DNA of 64,000 bases from contig CANRAO010000002.1 of assembly GCA_947628615.1 (NCBI GenBank), positions 51,156 to 115,155 on the forward strand, read 5' to 3'. The position numbers were made by a program, and so were the translations under genes. The notes under the pieces are model-generated. The model was not told where the DNA came from. It was given only the letters and a program-made list of their open reading frames with translations, and made no database searches. The DNA comes from an uncultured Clostridia bacterium (GTDB lineage: Bacteria > Bacillota > Clostridia > Oscillospirales > Ruminococcaceae). This document shows positions 36,969 to 46,804 of this stretch, in pieces (position 1 is the stretch's first letter; each line of letters begins with the position of its first letter).

Positions 36969-37805
36969 TCATCTCTCAATATTTCTTTTATATCTGGAAG
37001 GCGTAGTATTATACACGCTTTTAAAGACTTCAATAAACGACTTTACATTGGCAAAACCGTTATTATATGCGATCTCTGTAATAGTTCTGTCGCTATTTAA
37101 AAGCTCTCTGTGAGCATAATAAAGCCTTATCTTGTTTAGATATGAATAAAATGTCTCGCCCGTGTTTTTTTTAAAGAACCTTGAAAAATAATTGGGCGAC
37201 ATACCTATTTCCGATGCAATATCTTCAAGAGAAAAGCTTCTTGAAAAATTATTCTCCATAAAACCGATTGCCTTCTTAATATTTTTCATATTTTTCTGCC
37301 CGTATCTGTCATACCCTTTTTCCTGCTTTTCCTTTTTACATTCGTTCAAAAGTATACTGCATATTTTCCTCAGCACAATTGATATTTCCAGCTCGTAAAA
37401 ATCCTCTTTTTGTTCATATAAATAAGCGCACTCAATAATTAATCTTTTTACCTTTTGCTTTGCCTTTTCCTTACCTGTAAAATCAAAGTAATATGAATCT
37501 ATATCTTCACAGTATTCCCTTAGCAGATCGTTTGATAATAAAATAGTTACTGTATTGAGCCTGCTTATATCATCAGAACTTGTTTCATGAAGCTCTCCGC
37601 TGTTTACAAAAAAGAACTCTCCGGGATAAACATCAACATGCACTCCGTTTATAATCCCCTTTATCATTCCGCTGATGACCAGATCAAACTCCAGATTGCT
37701 GTGCCAATGCAAAGGATAGTGCGATGTTTCATCACTTCCGTAACCGAAGTATATCTTTGCAGGGATCAAAGAATTGGTTTCTATTTTTTCCTGATAGTAA
37801 TTCAT
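36969..37805 (-). CDS. AraC-family transcriptional regulator (cupin sensor + HTH_18)
   Basis: N-terminal cupin-like HWHSNLEF..GELHE. C-terminal AraC HTH (LEDIASEIGMSPNYFSRFFKK..ITEIAYNNGFANVKSF). Confidence 0.85.
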   Translation of the reverse strand: MNYYQEKIETNSLIPAKIYFGYGSDETSHYPLHWHSNLEFDLVISGMIKGIINGVHVDVYPGEFFFVNSGELHETSSDDISRLNTVTILLSNDLLREYCEDIDSYYFDFTGKEKAKQKVKRLIIECAYLYEQKEDFYELEISIVLRKICSILLNECKKEKQEKGYDRYGQKNMKNIKKAIGFMENNFSRSFSLEDIASEIGMSPNYFSRFFKKNTGETFYSYLNKIRLYYAHRELLNSDRTITEIAYNNGFANVKSFIEVFKSVYNTTPSRYKRNIER

Positions 37806-37840
37806 TATATCACCAACCTTTTAGGTTCGCCTTACAGACA

Positions 37841-40800
37841 TTAGAATTTTATCTCTATGCCTTTTTTCAGACTGAAAGAATATATATAGCTTGATTTGAC
37901 CGGCTTATCTAAAAGCAAGTCAAATGCCGCTTTATAAAGCATAAGCTGAACAGTATAGTTTTCTCTCAATTGCTCGGCAGTCGTATTTCTGTCAGTTTTA
38001 TAATCCAAAAGAACATACCCGTCATCCTCTTCAAAAATGCAGTCGGCAATACCCTGAAGCATTCCGTCTGAGCCTTTATACTCCTCAAGCTCACCGCAAT
38101 CCAAATCTGAAAATTTAACTAGAAACTGCTTTTCCCTCATAACCGACCTGCTTCTTTGAATTCTCTCATACACATCGCTTTCAAAGAACGCTTTAACAGT
38201 ATCCCTGTCAATTCCCTCAGACTGGCGTGATGTTAGCTTACCTAGTGATACAAGACGGCATATTTCTTCATCTAAATTTTTCTCTGCATTTTCAAATATG
38301 CAAAGCTCCATAAATCTGTGAGTAACAGTGCCCTTTTCAGATGCCGTCAGCTTTCCAATCTCCTCAGAAAACTTCGGTATCTGCGGATAATAATACGCTT
38401 TTTTTTCGTCCTTTGCAATATCAGAGACCGACAGCTTTGACGGAGTTTGAGAATCCTTAATATCATAATTGTACGCGAATCTGTTCAATATCTCACGAAC
38501 AAGCTCAGGATCAGCAGCTGAATTTTTCCGTTTAAAAACTCGCTCCTCACTTTTTTCAGTTTCAGCACATTTTGTGATAACAAGTGTTGAATTTGTTTCT
38601 ACTGTATTTAATTCTTTATCATTCTCTAACTCAAGAAATTCAAATATATGACTTCTTAATTTATCCGCATCGGGGTGCATAAGAAAGCACTCTGTCAGCC
38701 ATTCTCCAAAGGATTCTGACTCTGACACCATATCTTCAGAAACGCAGCCCAAAGCTTCTAGTTTTGAATATAGATTTTTCATAATTTGTGCGGTCTTATC
38801 ATTAAACACAAACGGAATAAACAGCTTGTCCTTTGCTCGTGTCAGTGCAACGTACAGAAGCCTTAGCTCCTCGCTTTTCATTTCACTGTCGAAAATGCTT
38901 CTAAGCACATTATAAGAAAACGGTTTTACCGACATATTAGCCTGTGCGTCAATAAATTTTATTGATACCCCAAGCTCTTGATTAATTATCATTTTTTTAT
39001 TTCTATCCTGCTTGTTAAATCCCTTAAAAATATTACAGATAAACACAAACGGAAACTCAAGACCCTTTGAACCGTGCATAGTAGTAATGTTCACAACCTC
39101 TCCCTCTTCAGTGCTGATGACCGCTTGAGAGAAGTCGTTTTTATTTTCAATAATATTATCAATATATCTTATAAACCCAGTGAGCCCTCCGCCTATCGAC
39201 TTATCATATTCATCTGCATATTCAAGCATCAAATTCAGATTTGCTCTTTTTTGATGACCGTCCTCATATGCAGACGCTATGCCGTAATAATCAGTGTAGT
39301 CATAAATCTTTCTTATTAAATTCACAAGATTAAGACTTGCCGCATAAAACCTAAGCTCTTTGATTTTTTCAACCGATGATTTACATTTATCCGCAAGCGC
39401 AGACTGTTCTTTTTTTGCATTTTCCTCAAAATGCAAAAGCTGCTGATAAAGTTTAGGTCTTTTGCTTTTTGCGTCGGTAAGCCTTACCTGTGCAACATCA
39501 TCCGGTGAAAACATAAATAAAGGCGACATAAGCACTGACAGCAGAGGAATATCCTGCATCGGATTATCTAAAACTCTTAACAGATTTATTATGACCGATA
39601 TTTCTCTTGAACGCAGATAACCGCTTGTCATTTCAGTATTTGTCTTTATCCCGAAGCTCTCAAGAGCCTTTGAAACACAGCGTCCGTCATCATTGTTTCG
39701 GGATATTACACATATGTCAGACGGTCTGCAATGCCGAAAACCGCCGTCCTTGCCGATACTGCTGTCAAATACTTCTTCACCACTATTTAAAAGCTCACTT
39801 ATTCTCTTTGCGATTTGATAATGCTCTAACGAATACGGAAGATATTTTGAAAATTCCCCTTTGTCGTCTATGAGCATAATTTCGGTTGAATAATCGCCTT
39901 TATCAGGCACGTCAAGACCCAATACCAGCTGTTCGTCTTGTGTATACTCGATCTCACCAGTGTTTTTATTCATAAGCTGTGAGAATAAAAAGTTTACAGT
40001 GTCTACCACTTCTCTTCTGCTTCTGAAATTCTTTTTTAAAGTGATTTCTCTTGTGCCTTCATACTTCTCATCGACCGCTTTTTTCCTTGCGTCAATAAAC
40101 AGCTTTGGATTTGTCTGACGGAATCTGTATATCGACTGCTTTACATCTCCCACTACAAAAACATTTCTGCCTATTACGTTTATGTCATCTGTGTCCGACA
40201 AGCACTTGAATATCAAATCCTGAAGATTATTTACGTCCTGAAACTCATCAAGCAGAATAATTTTATACTCTTTGTTTTTGACTATCTCCTCACACAGCGG
40301 TGTTCTTGAAATAACCCCGTTTTCACATACAGCCAAAAGCTCTGTAGTCATATGCTCAACGCTTGAAAAATCAACTGCGTTTTTAGATACCATCAAATCG
40401 TGAAAAACGTCCTCAGTGTGAACGGTCATTTCGCATATTATTTCAAACAAACCTCTGATAATTCTCAAGTCGCTCTTTATCTCTTCTAAAGGTGATGAAA
40501 CCAATTCTATTATCTTTATCAGCTCAGCTTTAAGACTGTCTCTTTCTTTCTTTATATATTTTATCAGTTCGCTTTCTTTTTCTACCTCATCTTCGCTGAA
40601 ACCTTCACGGGCTTTCTTTGTTATCCTAGTATCGAATCTGTCAAAAGAAAATTCTTGACATTGCTGATAAAGCCTGTCCCAGCCACTGGGTTCAGCTTCT
40701 TTAAGTATCAAAGCCATATCGCATTCATTCTCTAAAAGCTGAGTTATTGAAGTAAGCATTTTAAGTTCTTTGCTTTTTTCGATTACCTTTTTGTACATAA

Positions 40801-41467
40801 GCTCTGCTGATGCGGCTTTATTTCTAATATTATTGCAGCAGAACGTCAAAAGTTTATTTATGTAATCATCACTGTCTATTAATTCAGAAGTGCTTTTGAC
40901 CCAGTGATCCCGGAAAGGAATACTTTCAAAAAACTTATTCATATCCAAAATCACACTAATAAGTCCGCTGTCGTTCTCTCCGCCGAGAGCGTCAAGAATC
41001 TTTGATATTTTTTCCTTGTCATTTTGGTAATAATACTCCAAAGTATCGTCAACTGCCTGATGAAGTAATACAGTTTTTTCATTATCCTCCAAAATACGCA
41101 AATTGCTTTCAAAATCAAAGCATTGTATATTTTCTCTGACAAAATCATAACAGAATGCGTTAATGGTAGTTATCTTTGCCATCTGAAGTCTTTTCTGCTG
41201 ATTTATAAGCCATGAGCTGTTCGGATTTTTGTCAAGCTCTTTAATTATTGCCTGAGACAGCTTTTCCCTTATCTGTTCAGCAGCCGCCTTTGTAAATGTT
41301 ACAGCCAAAAGTCTATCGGCTTCAATTTTGTTTTCCTCGTTAGAAAGAAGTCTTATCGTGCGCTCAATTAAAACGGCAGTCTTACCGCTTCCTGCCGCTG
41401 CAGACACAACAACACCCTTTTCGGTCTCGTTTATCGCACTTAACTGATCCTCTGTCCATACAGGCAT
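37841..41467 (-). CDS. addA: ATP-dependent helicase/nuclease subunit AddA
   Basis: UvrD-type helicase motifs (VSAAAGSGKTAVL, LLDEFQD, TMHGSKGLEF, VALTRA) and a C-terminal PD-(D/E)xK nuclease (LLDYKTD). Confidence 0.93.
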   Translation of the reverse strand: MPVWTEDQLSAINETEKGVVVSAAAGSGKTAVLIERTIRLLSNEENKIEADRLLAVTFTKAAAEQIREKLSQAIIKELDKNPNSSWLINQQKRLQMAKITTINAFCYDFVRENIQCFDFESNLRILEDNEKTVLLHQAVDDTLEYYYQNDKEKISKILDALGGENDSGLISVILDMNKFFESIPFRDHWVKSTSELIDSDDYINKLLTFCCNNIRNKAASAELMYKKVIEKSKELKMLTSITQLLENECDMALILKEAEPSGWDRLYQQCQEFSFDRFDTRITKKAREGFSEDEVEKESELIKYIKKERDSLKAELIKIIELVSSPLEEIKSDLRIIRGLFEIICEMTVHTEDVFHDLMVSKNAVDFSSVEHMTTELLAVCENGVISRTPLCEEIVKNKEYKIILLDEFQDVNNLQDLIFKCLSDTDDINVIGRNVFVVGDVKQSIYRFRQTNPKLFIDARKKAVDEKYEGTREITLKKNFRSRREVVDTVNFLFSQLMNKNTGEIEYTQDEQLVLGLDVPDKGDYSTEIMLIDDKGEFSKYLPYSLEHYQIAKRISELLNSGEEVFDSSIGKDGGFRHCRPSDICVISRNNDDGRCVSKALESFGIKTNTEMTSGYLRSREISVIINLLRVLDNPMQDIPLLSVLMSPLFMFSPDDVAQVRLTDAKSKRPKLYQQLLHFEENAKKEQSALADKCKSSVEKIKELRFYAASLNLVNLIRKIYDYTDYYGIASAYEDGHQKRANLNLMLEYADEYDKSIGGGLTGFIRYIDNIIENKNDFSQAVISTEEGEVVNITTMHGSKGLEFPFVFICNIFKGFNKQDRNKKMIINQELGVSIKFIDAQANMSVKPFSYNVLRSIFDSEMKSEELRLLYVALTRAKDKLFIPFVFNDKTAQIMKNLYSKLEALGCVSEDMVSESESFGEWLTECFLMHPDADKLRSHIFEFLELENDKELNTVETNSTLVITKCAETEKSEERVFKRKNSAADPELVREILNRFAYNYDIKDSQTPSKLSVSDIAKDEKKAYYYPQIPKFSEEIGKLTASEKGTVTHRFMELCIFENAEKNLDEEICRLVSLGKLTSRQSEGIDRDTVKAFFESDVYERIQRSRSVMREKQFLVKFSDLDCGELEEYKGSDGMLQGIADCIFEEDDGYVLLDYKTDRNTTAEQLRENYTVQLMLYKAAFDLLLDKPVKSSYIYSFSLKKGIEIKF

Positions 41468-41472
41468 AATAA

Positions 41473-44400
41473 CTACCTCCTTTCCTGCTCCTCTTTAATC
41501 TCATCAAGTAGAGTTTCTTTGTCTTCATCATATATCTGATTAGCGTCAATACGGTTGTATTTTCCGCAAACCGACCAATAATTGCAATATCTGCAGCTTA
41601 TAGTTTCAATCTTTCCAGCTTTCATTACAGGCATTGCGGCTATCTCACCGTTTGAGAGCGATTTTCCCATACTTATTATCTTATCTTTTGTAAATCTTTC
41701 AATAGCCTCAAAAACATCTGCGTCAACTACATATTTTTCGTCTGTTTTATCTCCGCTTGATGTTTTCTTTACAGGTGCAAACAACCCTGATACACGCTTA
41801 TCCATTGCCTTTAAGGTCAGATCGTTATATACCAAAAGTCCATTGCGCTTGAAAGCTTTGTTTCGTTCATACTTTAGCTTTTCTTCACGTTCTTCATCAG
41901 ATATACCTTTGAGCTTTTCTCTTGACATAAAATTATCGACATATTTTGCGGGCATATACATAACTCCCGCAGGAGAAAGCTCTCCGTCACGATTGAACTC
42001 GTTATCAGTATCAACCAACGCAAGAAGATAAATAAGCATCTGCATATTAAGCCCGTGATAAAGAGACGCCAGATCAAAATCCTTTCCGCCTGTTTTGTAA
42101 TCTACAATTCTGACAAATCGCTTTCCGTTTTCATCTTTGTATATATCTACTCTGTCTATGCTTCCGCGCATACATATATTAATATCATTATCTACCTTTA
42201 TTTTTAATATGCTCTCTCCGTTTTGGTCTGACAAGTCATACTCAAACGCTACCGGCTTGAAAAAGCAGTTCTGCAGCTCCTCTATAAGATTTTTAACCAC
42301 ATAAAATGCAGTCTTTTCAAGATTCTTCAGATTATGTGTAAACCTGCTTGTCTTTCCGAATTCTCCGCCTAACTCTTTATTTACATATTCTAAACAGTAT
42401 TTATTTATAAGTGTTTTGATTTTCTTATCATCAAAGTTTTCAAATTCATCATTAAAGCAAATGTTTCCGTTATCATCGACCGTACTCAAAATATTCTGCA
42501 AAATAAAATGTATCAGGCTTCCCTTTGTCATTGGCGAAATATCAACCTTTTCAATCGGATAAACCTTTAATCCGTTTTTGCAGAAATAGTTAAACGGACA
42601 TTTATAAAAGTCATCAGCCCTTGTTGCAGACAAATTTATATCGTGCGGAAAGAACACCGCTTTTGCGATTTCTTTTGAAAGCACGTATTCAGAGTGCTTT
42701 TCAACATTTGATAAATCATCAAGAAAATCTATTTTAGACTTATATTCATCATCAAAGCATAAAGCCTCTCTTATGCTTGCCTGATTGTCAGAATCAGTTT
42801 GATAGTTCGCAGCATAAATGTAATAAGTGCTGTTTTTGTTCTCACAGAAATAATCAAGAGGTAAATCCGATACATTTACCTTTACTCTTTTTCCGAATAT
42901 TTTTTCAATATCCCTTGCCAATACAGACGGTCTTAGCGTCTCATTTTTTACTGACGATTCAGGATAAGACGCTGTAAGGCACTCACTTGCAGAAGTCAAA
43001 GCAATATAAGAAATCAGTCTTTCATTATCCAGAGAAGTCTGGATATTTCTGCTGATATTAATGCCGAGTCCGCTCAGCTTTGCCTTTTCACGCTCTGTAA
43101 GCAGTCCGGAATTCTGAACATTTCTCGGAAACAAGCCATCGTTCAACCCTATAACAAAAACGGCTTTCATATTGCCCAGCCTTGAATGTTCTGCCTTTGC
43201 TGCAGTTACAGCGTCCAGCTTCTGCGGAGGAGATGAAATAGTCATCTCTGAAAGCATCAGCTTCAGCAGATTATAAAACTGACGAAGTGAAATATCTTCA
43301 TCACCCATATTTTTGTATATTGAATTAATTGTTCCAAGAAAAAGCGACCAAAGCTGCTTGAAATCCCGTGCTATCTCTGTAACAGACGCATCATCTGATT
43401 CTATAGACCTGCTTATAAGGGAAAAGGTTTTCTCAGAAAGCTCCACTTTTGCCATAAGCTCGTTTAAAGCAAGACAGATCTCCCCTGCCGTTGTGTTCTT
43501 TGTCTCTTTCTTGAACTCCTCAAGAGGGTCAATAATGCTCTTTCTAATATCATTTATCAGCAGCAGAAACTCTTTTTTACCTTCTCCTTTTCTACTGTCA
43601 AACGGAGTAAAGTCTGACAGCCACATATCCCCCTCTACGCTCCATTTATAGCAATATTCCTCAATGGCCGCTGCTTTGAAATCCTCAATACTTGAAAGCG
43701 GTGATTTTATGTATCTTAAAATATTTTCGGTTTTATAGCTTTTTGTTAAAACACAGTCAAGAATCGACAAAACATATATTACAAGAGAAGAATGCAGAAC
43801 ACTCTTTCTCCTATCCATAAAAAACGGAATTTCATATCTTCTGAACGCACCGTCAATCAGACTTGCATAATCATCAAGAGAGCGTGAAATTACTGCAATA
43901 TCCTTATATGAATATCCCTTTTCTCGAATCAGCTTTTTTATCTCTGCTGCCACAAAATCAATCTCATCATAGGGGTTCTTAGCACAAACCAGCTTTACTC
44001 CCTGTGAATCCTCGCACGGATTATTAACAAGGCAGAAAATATTTGATTCCAAATGCTGCAAAGCCTTTGATTTATAAATCGTGTGCTCATCGGCACTTAT
44101 ATTATCTGTCTTACCTGCACCGCCAGCCATTTCAATAAGCGTTGACCGTGTCTTTATGCAGGTTGAAAAGGGCGACATATTTGATGTCAAATTGTTTCCG
44201 CCCCCGATAATAAGAGAAACCGTAAGGCACTTTGCATCGCTGAGTATTACCTTTATAACTTCATATTCGTCTGCTGTAAAGCTAGAAAACTCGTGTATAA
44301 AAACAACTGCATTATTGAAAAATCCGTTATCGTGTGCAGCCTTTGCCGCTTCAGATAAAGCGGTTATTTCGTCGGTCAGACCTGATGCCGAAAGCTCTTC

Positions 44401-44898
44401 CTGATAAAGCCTGAACAGCTTAGAAATAGAATCCAGCTTTTCAAATAGACTTCCCTCTGTCTGAAGTGTTACGCTTTCAAGAGAATTAATATCAATATCT
44501 GATTTCTTTAAGTCGTCAATAAGAGAAACAGCGTTTGAGACAAATTGAGGCTTGTCAAGCGAACGTGAATAGCAGCTTGTTTTTCCAAAGCCTAATTCTT
44601 TAAACGATTTTATTGCCTTGAACATAGAAATAATTTTTGCGTTTTTATCAGCAATAACTCCCGTTTTTGTTCCGTACTCTTTTAAAATAATCTCTGCAAA
44701 ACGATTAAATCCCATTGTACGAAGTCTGTTAAAGTCTTTAGCACCAAGCTCATTATATAGATGTTTATCATATTCAAAAGAATACTGATCCGGAACAATG
44801 ACAATAACATTTTCACCTGATAAAACGGCTTTTTTAATTTCAGCAGTCATTATATCAGTTTTACTGCTTCCCATTCCTCCAGTAATAATTTTTAACAT
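41473..44898 (-). CDS. addB: ATP-dependent helicase/nuclease subunit AddB
   Basis: N-terminal GGMGSSKT P-loop, C-terminal nuclease IVDYKTG and Cys cluster (CRYCNYWSVC). It lies immediately downstream of addA. Confidence 0.93.
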   Translation of the reverse strand: MLKIITGGMGSSKTDIMTAEIKKAVLSGENVIVIVPDQYSFEYDKHLYNELGAKDFNRLRTMGFNRFAEIILKEYGTKTGVIADKNAKIISMFKAIKSFKELGFGKTSCYSRSLDKPQFVSNAVSLIDDLKKSDIDINSLESVTLQTEGSLFEKLDSISKLFRLYQEELSASGLTDEITALSEAAKAAHDNGFFNNAVVFIHEFSSFTADEYEVIKVILSDAKCLTVSLIIGGGNNLTSNMSPFSTCIKTRSTLIEMAGGAGKTDNISADEHTIYKSKALQHLESNIFCLVNNPCEDSQGVKLVCAKNPYDEIDFVAAEIKKLIREKGYSYKDIAVISRSLDDYASLIDGAFRRYEIPFFMDRRKSVLHSSLVIYVLSILDCVLTKSYKTENILRYIKSPLSSIEDFKAAAIEEYCYKWSVEGDMWLSDFTPFDSRKGEGKKEFLLLINDIRKSIIDPLEEFKKETKNTTAGEICLALNELMAKVELSEKTFSLISRSIESDDASVTEIARDFKQLWSLFLGTINSIYKNMGDEDISLRQFYNLLKLMLSEMTISSPPQKLDAVTAAKAEHSRLGNMKAVFVIGLNDGLFPRNVQNSGLLTEREKAKLSGLGINISRNIQTSLDNERLISYIALTSASECLTASYPESSVKNETLRPSVLARDIEKIFGKRVKVNVSDLPLDYFCENKNSTYYIYAANYQTDSDNQASIREALCFDDEYKSKIDFLDDLSNVEKHSEYVLSKEIAKAVFFPHDINLSATRADDFYKCPFNYFCKNGLKVYPIEKVDISPMTKGSLIHFILQNILSTVDDNGNICFNDEFENFDDKKIKTLINKYCLEYVNKELGGEFGKTSRFTHNLKNLEKTAFYVVKNLIEELQNCFFKPVAFEYDLSDQNGESILKIKVDNDINICMRGSIDRVDIYKDENGKRFVRIVDYKTGGKDFDLASLYHGLNMQMLIYLLALVDTDNEFNRDGELSPAGVMYMPAKYVDNFMSREKLKGISDEEREEKLKYERNKAFKRNGLLVYNDLTLKAMDKRVSGLFAPVKKTSSGDKTDEKYVVDADVFEAIERFTKDKIISMGKSLSNGEIAAMPVMKAGKIETISCRYCNYWSVCGKYNRIDANQIYDEDKETLLDEIKEEQERR

Positions 44899-44946
44899 TT
44901 ATCTCACCCATTTTACAGCTTCGTATATTATTTATATAATAAAACT

Positions 44947-44975
44947 ATTGTATCACAAATATGGTGTTAGGTCAA
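44947..44975 (-). promoter_or_regulatory. Sigma-A promoter of addBA (TTGACC-17-TACAAT with TG extension)
   Basis: Minus strand reads TTGACCtaacaccatatttgTGaTACAAT, ~45 nt upstream of the addB ATG. Confidence 0.6.
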
Positions 44976-44986
44976 TTTATTACAAC

Positions 44987-45109
44987 CAAGAAGCCAGAGG
45001 CAAGAGGCAAGAAATCAAAGGCAAGACCGGCGAACCGCCGGTTGCTCTCTACCTTTGAAAAGTTTGTATAATGTGTTTACTTTGAGAAACGGCAGACCAG
45101 CACCTAGAA
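44987..45109 (+). repeat. Intergenic repeat element, copy 2
   Basis: Purine-rich arm (aagaagccagaggcaagaggcaag..) followed by the core accggcgaaccgccgg..tttgaaaagtttgtataatgtgtttactttg..cggcagacc..ctagaa. It matches 16666-16782 in reverse complement. Confidence 0.7.
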
Positions 45110-45118
45110 TTAAGAAAA

Positions 45119-45140
45119 AAGCGTTCGAAAATGAACGCTT
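45119..45140 (-). terminator. Intrinsic terminator of the 45176-45478 gene
   Basis: aagcgttc/gaacgctt stem followed by ttttttc on the minus strand. Confidence 0.7.
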
Positions 45141-45175
45141 CAAAACATAATTATTTACTTTTATGTCTTTGACCA

Positions 45176-45478
45176 CTAACTTTTTTCCTCTAACAGTGAC
45201 CTAAAGAAATCAACAATAAAAAATCTTACCTCTGTCTTTTCATTATCCTCAACTTCAACTACTAAGTCGTCAGAATTTTTAGCCTTGTTTTTATTTTTTT
45301 CATCTAATTTCACTGACGGTGAAATGCTAAATTCAGGGAACAAAAACGAAAGATCTCTCAACTCATCTCCTGCTGTAAATGATATAAGCGCTGCTAGTAA
45401 AAATCCCGTTATTACAGCAGTTTTAAGTCTTTCTCTCTTTAAATTAAGTCTATTACTTTCGTTAATTTTCATCTGCAT
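45176..45478 (-). CDS. Hypothetical small membrane protein (100 aa)
   Basis: ORF track shows one hydrophobic segment (AVITGFLLAALISF) and an acidic C-terminal half. I recognise no family. Confidence 0.55.
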   Translation of the reverse strand: MQMKINESNRLNLKRERLKTAVITGFLLAALISFTAGDELRDLSFLFPEFSISPSVKLDEKNKNKAKNSDDLVVEVEDNEKTEVRFFIVDFFRSLLEEKS

Positions 45479-45597
45479 ATGTATGCCTCTCTTTCTAAAT
45501 TATGATTAGATTATTGGCATACTTTACAAATTTATTCAATAACAATTATAAAGCGGACAAATTATTAAAAGAATCTGCTCGCCAATTATGTATAATA

Positions 45598-46422
45598 TTA
45601 TTTTATATACGCTCCCGAAACCTCTGAATATGTTTTGCAGAAACGATAATAATTTATCTTTCCATTTGTCATATCGTCCTCAACCTGAGGGTCGAAAACA
45701 TAAGTATCTCCATTAAGTTTAACCTCTGTCCACATATGGTAACTGTAACCTCCAGCCGCCATTGCAGTACTTCCGTCAACTGTTTTCGCATTAAAACCCA
45801 GATACTTCATCATTGCCATAAATACATAAGAATACTCTGTACAAGTTCCAAAACCCTTTTCAAGAACTGATTCTATAGCGTTTCCCCAGCCCCCATATGC
45901 GTAATGTGTATTATTTATTAGGTAATCATAACATACTTTAGCCTTTTTATAGTTTGACATATCATCATCTATAATTTTATTCAGATGATTTTTCAGAATT
46001 TTTTCATCTTTACCTTTAAGAAATTCTTTGGGCTTCAACTCAGCGGAGTTAAGTCTGTTTTTTTCTATACTGTTTGTCTTTTTATATGTATTTAATTTGT
46101 TTTTTGTCTTAACTTTCTTTCCATTTTTAGACTTACTTCTAATAGCCGATTTCTTTTTGATTTTAGTTTTCTTTTTTCTTTTTAAATTGATTTTATTATT
46201 TCTTGACTTTTTTCCTTTTCCAATTTTTTTGTTGCTTCCCTCTATTTTAAATTCCGTGCTAACGACTGTCGCTGCTACATCGTCAGAGCCAGATTTTCCG
46301 TTAAAGCTCAAAATGCTTATCCCCTGAAACATAGAAACTGCAACAAGCATTGCCGCTACGCAAGCAATTATCTTTTCAAAATTCTTAAAGAAATGCAATT
46401 TAACATAAGATAGTATTCTCAT
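45598..46422 (-). CDS. Membrane-anchored transglutaminase-like (Cys-His-Asp) domain protein with a Lys-rich spacer
   Basis: GGAGG RBS 6 nt before the ATG at 46422 (MRILSYVKLHFF..); the ORF track starts at 46452. Transglutaminase-core-like GFGTCTEYSYVFMAMM..YSYHMWTEV..VFDPQ. K-rich tract KKIGKGKKSRNNKINLKRKKKTKIKKK. Confidence 0.75.
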   Translation of the reverse strand: MRILSYVKLHFFKNFEKIIACVAAMLVAVSMFQGISILSFNGKSGSDDVAATVVSTEFKIEGSNKKIGKGKKSRNNKINLKRKKKTKIKKKSAIRSKSKNGKKVKTKNKLNTYKKTNSIEKNRLNSAELKPKEFLKGKDEKILKNHLNKIIDDDMSNYKKAKVCYDYLINNTHYAYGGWGNAIESVLEKGFGTCTEYSYVFMAMMKYLGFNAKTVDGSTAMAAGGYSYHMWTEVKLNGDTYVFDPQVEDDMTNGKINYYRFCKTYSEVSGAYIK

Positions 46423-46549
46423 TTCAATCCTCCAATCACGAGTGATTTTCACTCTGTCTCAAAATAATTACACGTTTTTTATGTTTTAACATCTGCACAA
46501 AAACAGTAACCAGCTGTTTTCCTTAAAGTGTTTTCGATATTCTATAGCA

Positions 46550-46583
46550 AAAGGTTACAAAAGTCAAATATTTTGTAACCTTT
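46550..46583. promoter_or_regulatory. 13-bp perfect inverted repeat (operator-like or 5'-UTR hairpin)
   Basis: aaaggttacaaaa-gtcaaata-ttttgtaaccttt. The 11-mer agtcaaatatt recurs at 46706-46716, followed by ..tttgttacctttt. Confidence 0.4.
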
Positions 46584-46761
46584 GAAAGATTTATATTTTA
46601 TTAGTTTTTAACAGTTATTTAATTAAATATGTCAAAAAATTGTGCAAAACTTTGTCGATGCATCGTTAATTATTACAAATTGATTACATACCAAGAATAA
46701 TTCATAGTCAAATATTACAAACTTTGTTACCTTTTATATTTATACTAAAATTTACAAAAAA

Positions 46762-46786
46762 ATAGGGGCAAAAGCCCCTATTTTTT
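46762..46786 (-). terminator. Intrinsic terminator after pyrD (structurally bidirectional)
   Basis: ataggggc-aaaa-gcccctat stem flanked by an A-run and a T-run. Confidence 0.85.
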
Positions 46787-46804
46787 GAACTATTCTATAA
46801 AAAA

